A stretch of DNA of 8,459 bases from NCBI GenBank assembly GCA_043228905.1, contig JBHGNT010001437.1, forward strand, positions 1 through 8,459, read 5' to 3'. This document shows positions 1 to 6,138 of this stretch, in pieces; within the stretch, counting starts at the first letter, position 1, and each line of letters opens with the position of its first letter. The translations under genes were made by a program, and so were the position numbers. The stretch comes from Azolla caroliniana (taxonomy: Eukaryota; Plantae; Polypodiophyta). Under the pieces are notes generated by a model, which was not told the DNA's origin, searched no databases, and saw nothing but the letters and a program-made list of their open reading frames with translations.

Positions 1-255
1 AAGTCATATTTATACTAATATGACTTTTCGGCTATTTACAAATATAGCCCCGATGGACTCTCAGAAACATATTTACGAATATGTCCCTTCATCCGGTGAG
101 CACTCCTCACCGGGCCTGCATCATCCGGCGCTTTCCGGGCACACGTCATCCGGTTCTCACCGGGTCTTCCATTTCCGGGTACTCGTCATCCGGTACTGTT
201 TGCTCATCAGTACTATTCTTCTCACTTCCCATCCGGAGGGACCTGTTTCCTAACA
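1..255 (-). mobile_element. Partial LTR (U3 + TATA) of a Tnt1/Tork-like copia related to element D; 5' LTR or solo LTR, runs off the left edge
   Basis: 1-50 aligns without gaps to 5890-5939 (44/50 identical). Its terminus TCCCATCCGGAGGGACCTGTTTCCTAACA resembles D's TCCCATCCGAAAGGGACCGTAATCCCAACA. The minus strand starts TGTTAGG at 255 and has TATAAAT at 14-8. No PPT is adjacent (256-260 = CTTTC, candidate TSD). Confidence 0.85.
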
Positions 256-452
256 CTTTCCTATGGGAATTAGACCTTCATTTGTTGTTCGAATCTCATC
301 ATACTGCAAAGAGAAAAATGAGAGCAATAATCTCACTAAATAACAGAAGTAAAATATAATAACACGTAAATGTTCGAAAACCTCATTATATATACCGTCC
401 AATGATATGATTCATTTATCTTGTCAAACCTCACTAACTTACTATCTCAACA
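256..452 (-). mobile_element. Possible old LTR relic interrupted by the LTR at 1-255
   Basis: The minus strand begins TGTTGAGATA at 452, the same 10-mer that starts LTR A at 1441, and has a TATATATAA box near 385-394. No second copy is present to confirm it. Confidence 0.3.
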
Positions 453-900
453 ATATGTTGAATGAACTCATTCGAGTGCTCATTATAGGAACCTCATTGC
501 TCCCTCAATAGAGAACTCCGAAGAATGGACTTGTTGAGAGTTTGTAGATTTTTCATTGTAGTTCAAAATATATAGATGGGGAGGGGAATAGTGAGTTACC
601 ATCACTAAGTTATTCTAGCCATGATGATAGTGTTCACGGAAAAAACATCTTCTTCAAAGCATAGAAATGTATTCAATAAATCCAGACTATCTACATATAG
701 AAATATCTAAACTAAACAAAGATTAAACACCAACAAAGACTATTTCTAAGCAAGTATCACCATTCTTGGAAGAGTCCAATCATTCTTGAAAGAGAAAGTA
801 TGTGTGTGAGAGAGAGTGATTACCTTGTCTTCAAGCTCAACCTCCTCTTGTGCAAGAAGAGCCTCTTCATGTAATGATGATGCCCATGGTGAATGATGCA

Positions 901-1242
901 TAGAGTAGCAGGCTTTAGAGTCGGAAGCATGAGAGGTGTTGAATATGGTAATATAATGGACGTATTCACATTACCCCATTAGACAAACTAGATTAGGCTA
1001 TTTATGTAAATAGCATAAAGCGTAGTTTCCCTAGTTTGGTTCTAGTATATAACCAACTTAGAAAAGATGATTAGAGTAGCAGGCTTTAGAGTCGGAAGCA
1101 TGAGTGGTGTTGAATATGGTAATATAATGGACGTATTCACATTACCCTATTAGACAAACTAGATTAGGTTGTTTATGTAAATAGCATAAAGGGTAGTTGC
1201 CCTAGTTTGGTTCTAGTATATAACCAACTTAGAAAAGATGAT
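901..1242. repeat. Direct tandem duplication, 2 x 171 bp
   Basis: 901-1071 and 1072-1242 both run TAGAGTAGCAGG...GAAAAGATGAT. By eye there are 6 substitutions and no indels. Confidence 0.97.
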
Positions 1243-1440
1243 GTTGCCATTTTGAATAATACAAATGTATTTTTTGCGCCTCTAACTTTCCCTCTCTTCT
1301 CTTTATTCTTGCATACTGTCCATTACTCCATATCCATCAACTTGTTCCTTTACTCCATATCCCCTCTGTTCCTTTACTCCATATCTATCAACTTGTTAGT
1401 CCGTTATCATACAATGTTGTGTTGTAATCATCTACAAATT
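937..1440 (+). mobile_element. Possible degenerate 3' LTR (PPT-like tract, TG start, TATA), partly duplicated
   Basis: GAAGCATGAGAGG followed by TGTTGAATATGG resembles a copia PPT-LTR junction. A TATATAA box lies about 110 bp downstream, followed by a CT-rich tract. The right boundary is uncertain. Confidence 0.3.
1323..1397. repeat. Three-copy minisatellite (24-27 bp unit)
   Basis: Units are TTACTCCATATCCATCAACTTGTTCCT, TTACTCCATATCCCCTCTGTTCCT and TTACTCCATATCTATCAACTTGTT. Confidence 0.9.
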
Positions 1441-1833
1441 TGTTGAGATATGGACCGTGCTGCGCGGACAAGCTCAACCAGATCCGGATCGGTATCCAGA
1501 ACCAAGAGCCGGATTGGATTGTAACCGGTAGGCCGTTAGAGGTCTAAAATCTTAGCCTAGTACATAGGCAAATTCCTTGGAGTTAGTGTAAGTCGCTTGT
1601 ATGAGCATTGAAGTACATGTCAGTCCTTTTAAGAACTTCTATAAAAAGTGTTATGCAGGACATTTGTATGTACAGAGTGTTATTATTTGGAATTGAGTTT
1701 TATGCTATTTCTGCTCTCTCTATCTCTCCCGTGTACTGTGTATTCTTATGCTTCCATTAAACCTTCATTTCGGTTCTATTGTTGTTATCCGACTGAGCTG
1801 GTTTATCTAAGCTTCCACATATTAAGTTTCACA
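1441..1833 (+). repeat. 5' LTR of element A (about 393 bp)
   Basis: TGTTGAGA...TTTCACA is immediately followed by the PBS, with TATAAAAA at 1640-1647 and a CT-rich R region. The right end is firm. The left end is inferred from the TG start and the composition change. Confidence 0.75.
1640..1647 (+). promoter_or_regulatory. TATA box of LTR A
   Basis: CTATAAAAAGTG; conserved as GTATAAAAGTG in the related LTR B (minus strand, 5509-5499). Confidence 0.65.
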
Positions 1834-1845
1834 TGGTATCAGAGC
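1834..1845 (+). other. Primer binding site, tRNA-iMet
   Basis: TGGTATCAGAGC lies directly after the LTR-terminal CA. This is the canonical plant initiator-Met PBS. Confidence 0.95.
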
Positions 1846-1915
1846 GTGAGGGTTGAGAATCCTCTACTGCCGATGAGTGACGCTCACAACCAAACCCTAA
1901 CACTTGGTAAACGAC

Positions 1916-4181
1916 ATGAAGGAAGATATGGACAGAAGCATGGTGAGCTCGCTTCCAACAGAAAAGCTCGACCTGTTGGAGCATGGATATTGGAGCTACG
2001 TGGATGGAGCGAATGAAGCTACGCCGGATTCGACACACAAGGACTTCCCGGTATGGGAGCAAGGAGCGAGCATGGTGTTGTACTGCCTCGCATCTTGTGT
2101 GCACGACCAGATGCTTGGCTACATCAGAGATGCAAAGTCAATGAAGGAGGCCTGGGAAAATTTCCGAAAGATTTTCACTCAAGTACCACAACGCGGAAGT
2201 TGCAGCTTCGGCAACAAGGAGATGTCAGTCACTAACTACACCACCAAGATAAAGGAGATCTACAATGCGCTCAGTTCCATCAACGTGACAGTGGACGAAG
2301 ACGAGATGGTTCAGATCTATCTCGGTGGTTTAACACAACGGTACAGGCCAATCCAGACGGCAATTTGCACCCAGGAGAAGCCATCGTCCTTCTTCGACCT
2401 ACAATCGATGCTCATGGTCGAAGAAAACCGCGCGAGTGGGTCAAGGACCACTCAATCGGACAATCGAATGTTGTACACGAAGGCGGATCGGTCTTGTGGG
2501 TGTGGAGGACTAGGTGGGTCAGCACGCAATAGCAGCGACCGACAATAGTAGAATTGGAGGCACAGAGATGGTGCCAACAACAGTTCCAGGACCTCCACAA
2601 GCAGGGGGAGTCAAATCGGTGCCAGAAACTAGCAAGGGAAGGCTGGTATTGTGGCAAGAAAGGCCACCGGGAGAACGAGTGCTGGAAGAAGTGCATTGAA
2701 TCCAGATCTGGTAAGGTAGGACAAGGGAATCGGCAAAGCTTGCACTACGCAGAAGGATCCGGAACCAGAAAGTTTGGAAAAGGGCCAACCTTTGTGATGA
2801 AACACAAGGCGAACTCAATGACGAAGACCACTTATGGATTGGAGGAAGTGTGGTACGTTGACTCTGGAGCATCTAACCATATGATGAGCCACGAAGAGTG
2901 GTTCTCGTTTTTGGAAAAGCCGGAGCAACTAGGAGTTGTCGAAACCGGAGACGACACTCCTCACCCGATGGGTTGGAGAAGTCCCTTTAAGCCATGATGG
3001 ACAAAAGGGAAAGCTGATGAATGTAATACATGTTTCGACAATCACAAAGAACCTGGTGTTGGTCGGGCAGATCGTCGACCAAGGGATGTCATTGCCGTTT
3101 ATGCATCTCGGGTGCTTCATTGAGGAAGAGGGCCGGCCAGATCATCGCGCGAGGGCGCCGGGACGGGAGAATGTTTATCCTCGACACCAATGATGTCGGC
3201 ACCACTATATTTACAAAAGGACAGAAGGTCGAATCGGATATCGACTTGTGGCACAAGAGGATCGGCGACGTCAACTATTAGAGGCTTCAAGACTTGCAAT
3301 CAAAATAGGTTGTTTTGGGATTGCCGAAATTCAGTGGCCGGAAGGCCCAAATATGGGAAGCCTGCAAACTCAGGAAGCAACACCGGCTTCCATCCCCCAC
3401 CGAAAGAAACCGGAGCCATAACAACCTCGACTTGATACATTTGGATGTATGAGGACTAGCATAGAACGTTAGTCTTGGCGGGAGCCGATATTTCATCTCC
3501 TTCATCGACGACTACAACCAACGCACATGGATCTATCTCATAGAGAAGAAAAGCAAAGTCTTTGACTGTTTTCGGAACCTACAAAGTCTTGTCGAACGGG
3601 AAATGGAGAGGAAGATCAAGTAGTCGGATGGCGGAAAAGAATACTTTTCCGACCAATTCAACAATTATCTGCAACAAATGGGAATTCAGAGACAATTCTG
3701 TTGCAGATACACAACGGAACAAAACTGTGTGGCCGAAAGGAAGAACTGGTCAATCGTTGAGACGAGACGAGCAATGCTGGAAGAGAAGAGCATGCCCAAG
3801 TTCTAATAGGCTGACGCGGTCCAAACGACCCTCTACATCCAAAACCGGATCGGGGAGAAGTTGTCAGCACACGAGCTATATTTCGGGCGGAAGCCAAACT
3901 TAAGGTATTCGGTAGCATAGCCTATGTGCATGTACCGGATGAAATGCGGAGGAAGTTTGACCCAAAGTCGGAGAAGTGCATATTAGTCGACTACTCTCAT
4001 GAGCAGAAGCCGAGATGTCGAATTTGACGAGTCGGCATCCTAATACTCTCTACGGACTCCAACCCGACTCCGGAAGATTAGGCCAATGAATTGGAAACGA
4101 TCCGGGTAGAAGATGCCGAAGGATTCAGTACTTTGGACGAGAGTTTGATCTCATTCTGGCTAAGTGGGCCGAATGGGAGAT
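1916..4181 (+). pseudogene. gag-pol: Disrupted copia gag-pol: Gag, zinc knuckle, aspartic protease, GAG-pre-integrase, integrase
   Basis: Gag: GYWSYVDG...AWENFRKIF and NYTTKIKEI...LLGG-like region. Knuckle GWYCGKKGHRENEC (2641-2682). Protease WYVDSGASNHM (2851-2883). LWHKRIG near 3246. Integrase: LDLIHLDV*G, YFISFIDDY, SDGGKEY, EQNCVAERKN, VFGSIAYVHVPD...KFDPKSEKCI. In-frame stops occur at 2546, 3279, 3306, 3450 and 3462, plus several frameshifts. No RT or RNase H is present in this part. Confidence 0.92.
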
Positions 4182-4230
4182 TGTGAAAGTTAGCGTGCAG
4201 AAGCGTTGTCGTGAAGAATTTCGGCAATAG
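4182..4230 (-). repeat. U5 terminus of LTR B (left piece)
   Basis: The minus strand reads CTATTGCCGAAATTCTTCACGACAACGCTTCTGCACGCTAACTTTCACA, similar to the end of LTR A (AAGCTTCCACATATTAAGTTTCACA). No PBS follows, so it is a 3' or solo LTR. The flank 4177-4181 (GAGAT) is the candidate TSD. Confidence 0.7.
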
Positions 4231-4572
4231 TGTGAAAGTCCCATAAAACGTACGAAATCGAGTATGAATCACATAATACAATAATTGTGAAGATAACATT
4301 TTAAATAAATTTAATATCTAAGTTCAAAATGATGGAGGTTTCGAATGCACTTTATTACAAGAGAAACAGACAACTAAATATCAAGATATGAGGGTATAAA
4401 GTTTGTGAAAGGAAAAGAGAAAATTGTGAGATATCCCACATAGACACGACAAATACGGCTCTCATCATATATAAGGTACAGCAAAAGATATTATCTTTGT
4501 GTCTATGTGTGGAGCATAGAGACTAAGAGTGGAGGTGGGCTAACTACTCGTAAAGGGTTTTGGCCAACCAAA

Positions 4573-4720
4573 ACCGGACCGGCGCTGGAGCCGGTGATCC
4601 GACGGCAATCCGGCATCCGGCGGCAGCACCGGTATCCGGCGCCGGTGAGACAACGGCATCTGGCGGCAACCGGCGACGGCACCGGTAACCGACGGCATCC
4701 GACGAACCGGCGTCCGGCGA
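4573..4720. repeat. GC-rich degenerate tandem repeat (GGCATCCGGCG / CACCGGTA-type units)
   Basis: Repeated CCGG and CGGCA units form an island in AT-rich surroundings. The island is preceded by the hairpin GGTTTTGG-CCAA-CCAAAACC (4556-4575). Confidence 0.8.
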
Positions 4721-4724
4721 CTAG

Positions 4725-4764
4725 ATAAATAAATATATAAATATATATACATATATACATATAC
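4725..4764. repeat. Imperfect (TA)n/(TATAC) microsatellite
   Basis: ATAAATAAATATATAAATATATATACATATATACATATAC. Confidence 0.85.
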
Positions 4765-4769
4765 AAGGA

Positions 4770-4840
4770 GGGCAAGTAAGGATTTGAACCTTGCACCTCC
4801 AAGTTAGGAGTCAATTGGCTTACTATTAAGCCATGCTATT
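4770..4840 (-). pseudogene. tRNA-derived relic (possibly Arg-CCT-like) with Pol III A and B boxes; SINE-head-like
   Basis: The minus strand reads TGGCTTAATAGTAAGCCAATTGACTCCTAACTTGGAGGTGCAAGGTTCAAATCCTTACTTGCCC. It has an A-box-like TGGCTTAATAG, a D-arm-like hairpin, a CTCCTAA anticodon-loop-like 7-mer, and B box GGTTCAAATCC in an AAGG/CCTT stem, all at tRNA-like spacing. The acceptor and anticodon stems do not pair, so it is not a functional tRNA. Confidence 0.55.
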
Positions 4841-5317
4841 TAATTGAAATTATATTTCTATCATTGTACTTTTACATGTAAATTCTCATACATGAGAGCT
4901 AAAATGAGTGACATGGTTATCATGCACCACATGTAATACATAAGCGCCAAATGGCAAACATGCAATTTATGCATGTTTCGTACCCTCACATGCATCATAT
5001 GCATGGGAGCATCTATAACAGAAGGAAGGGGGAGGAGAAAAAACACGTTATTTTTATGAAAATTAAGAGGAAGAAATTCGTTATCAAATTGATCGTGTAA
5101 CTTGTTTCTTAAATCTAAAGTTAAAAGTTCAATCAATCTCTCTCAATCGTGTGATCTCAACTTCTCTCTTTCCCAATCTATCTTAAGTACTTTCTCGCTA
5201 AAGCTTGCGCCAAAGCTTGTACCGACTTTGAATCCTTCTGGTCCAGAACCCCGGCGGTTCCGCCTCACGATCCGCGCGTAGTGACGGATCTTCACGACAG
5301 CGTATGCTAACTTTCAC

Positions 5318-5375
5318 AATAGTAAAGAGAGGAAGGTTTAATCAGATACTAATAGTAAAGAGAACAAGGTTTAAT
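5318..5375. repeat. 25-bp direct repeat, 33-bp period, in LTR B
   Basis: AATAGTAAAGAGAGGAAGGTTTAAT (5318-5342) vs AATAGTAAAGAGAACAAGGTTTAAT (5351-5375). Confidence 0.85.
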
Positions 5376-5509
5376 TGAAGCTTAACACAGAGAATAAGCA
5401 TACACAGGAGAGACAAAGAGAGAGAGAGTGCAAAACATAAACACAACTCAATTCAAAATAATACTCTGTAACTCTGTACCAAGAATGTGCTCAGAGAGCA
5501 CTTTTATAC
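5319..5509 (-). repeat. TATA-R-U5 part of LTR B (right piece), homologous to LTR A 1640-1780
   Basis: The reverse complement shares collinear blocks with LTR A: TATAAAA(A)GTG, ACATT, GTACAGAGT, TATTATTTKGAATTGAGTT, a CT tract, and GCTTCMATTAAACCTT. Confidence 0.8.
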
Positions 5510-5786
5510 TGTAGAGAAATCGACGCTCCGATTAACCTTCACCACTCGGCCACAACCGAGTAAGCACGAATCAATGCAGCAGAAAATAGGAACCACATAG
5601 GAAGAACACGAATACACAGGGATTAACGTGGAAAACCCTAGACGGGAAAAAACCACGGGAGCACAAGACTCCAAACCAAACGCTATGCACAGAGAAGTAT
5701 ACAATGGCGAGCTGCAAGGCGACGACCTTGAGCTCGCTGTCCTCGCCACAGGCGGCGGAAATACACAGAGGCTTCGACCTCCTCGT

Positions 5787-5831
5787 CTCTCACGCTCTAT
5801 CTCTCTCTCTCACGGCTGCTCTCTCTCTCTT
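5787..5831. repeat. Interrupted (CT)n/(GA)n tract in LTR D
   Basis: TCTCTCACGCTCTATCTCTCTCTCTCACGGCTGCTCTCTCTCTCT. Confidence 0.8.
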
Positions 5832-5896
5832 CACTCCTCTTGAGTGGAAAAACAGAAAAATGAGAAGCAACTTCAAAACTGTTTGCCCTAAGTCAT

Positions 5897-5903
5897 ATTT
5901 ATA
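5897..5903 (-). promoter_or_regulatory. TATA box of LTR D
   Basis: TATAAAT on the minus strand; conserved in the LTR copy at 8-14. Confidence 0.65.
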
Positions 5904-6124
5904 CACATATGACTTTGGGGCTATTTACAACTATAGCCTCAAGGGCCCTTGGCAAACATATTCACAGATATGTCCCCGCATCCTGATCTCGCTCCGGGTA
6001 CATTCGTCATCCGGCTCCGAAGCCGGGGTCTTCATCATCCGGTTCCGAAACCGAAACCGGGCTTGTCGGCATTCATCTCCGATATCCGACCATCCCATCC
6101 GAAAGGGACCGTAATCCCAACAAA

Positions 6125-6138
6125 CTCCCCCTTCACTT
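6125..6138 (-). other. Polypurine tract of element D
   Basis: The minus strand reads AAGTGAAGGGGGAG, then TT, then the TG of the LTR. The tract overlaps the pol TGA stop (6135-6133). Confidence 0.9.

Larger units (their letters stand above)
1441..4181 (+). mobile_element. Degenerate Ty1/copia retrotransposon (element A), 5' half, interrupted after integrase
   Basis: The order is LTR, PBS, gag, protease, integrase, with integrase directly after protease as in copia. There are many stops and frameshifts. Pol-like sequence ends abruptly at TGTGAAAG (4182). Confidence 0.92.
4231..5318 (+). mobile_element. Non-coding TG..CA insertion C (1088 bp), probably a solo LTR
   Basis: Perfect 9-bp terminal IR TGTGAAAGT (4231-4239) / ACTTTCACA (5310-5318), with ATAG on both flanks (4227-4230, 5319-5322). 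Removing it rejoins LTR B. Its 3' end CTTCACGACAGCGTATGCTAACTTTCACA resembles B's U5 end. Confidence 0.7.
5510..6122 (-). repeat. 3' LTR of element D (613 bp)
   Basis: It starts TGTTGGGATT two bases after the PPT and ends ATTTCTCTACA at 5510, exactly where homology to LTR A/B begins. It contains a TATA box, a GA-rich R region and the CGTGG..CCC..GGG..CCACG stem (5627-5657). Candidate TSD is TATAC (5505-5509). Confidence 0.85.

Noticed and set aside
20-359. Short ORFs in LTR sequence (also 1207-1446, 1648-2016, 4861-5136, 5504-6200)
   Set aside because: They lie in LTR or repeat DNA, are low complexity and show no recognisable protein motifs.
453-900. Possible coding relic (RTPKNGLVES resembles an integrase motif) and a 14-bp repeat at 761/781 with one TTCnnGAA
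   Set aside because: There are stops in the frames I read, the motif match is too short, and a single HSE-like unit is not significant.
1323-1397. CRISPR-like repeat array
   Set aside because: The repeats are adjacent with no unique spacers, the context is eukaryotic transposon DNA, and there are no cas genes.
4171-4181. GAATGGGAGAT as element A's PPT with a 3' LTR starting at 4182
   Set aside because: The sequence after 4182 does not match the start of LTR A. It is the reverse complement of an LTR end, and the purine run reads as linker coding sequence (SGPNGRL).
4500-4724. Possible Helitron (TC start, CCGG-CGT-CCGG hairpin, CTAG end)
   Set aside because: The flanks are not A|T, and the hairpin is short, too close to CTAG and explained by the repeat.
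4503-4814. Arg/Cys/Pro-rich ORFs on both strands
   Set aside because: They are translations of the CCGG repeat and TA microsatellite.
4182-5318. DNA transposon/MITE with about 30-bp TIRs
   Set aside because: The flanks GAGAT and ATAGT are not a duplication. The IR is better explained as two related LTR U5 ends in opposite orientation.
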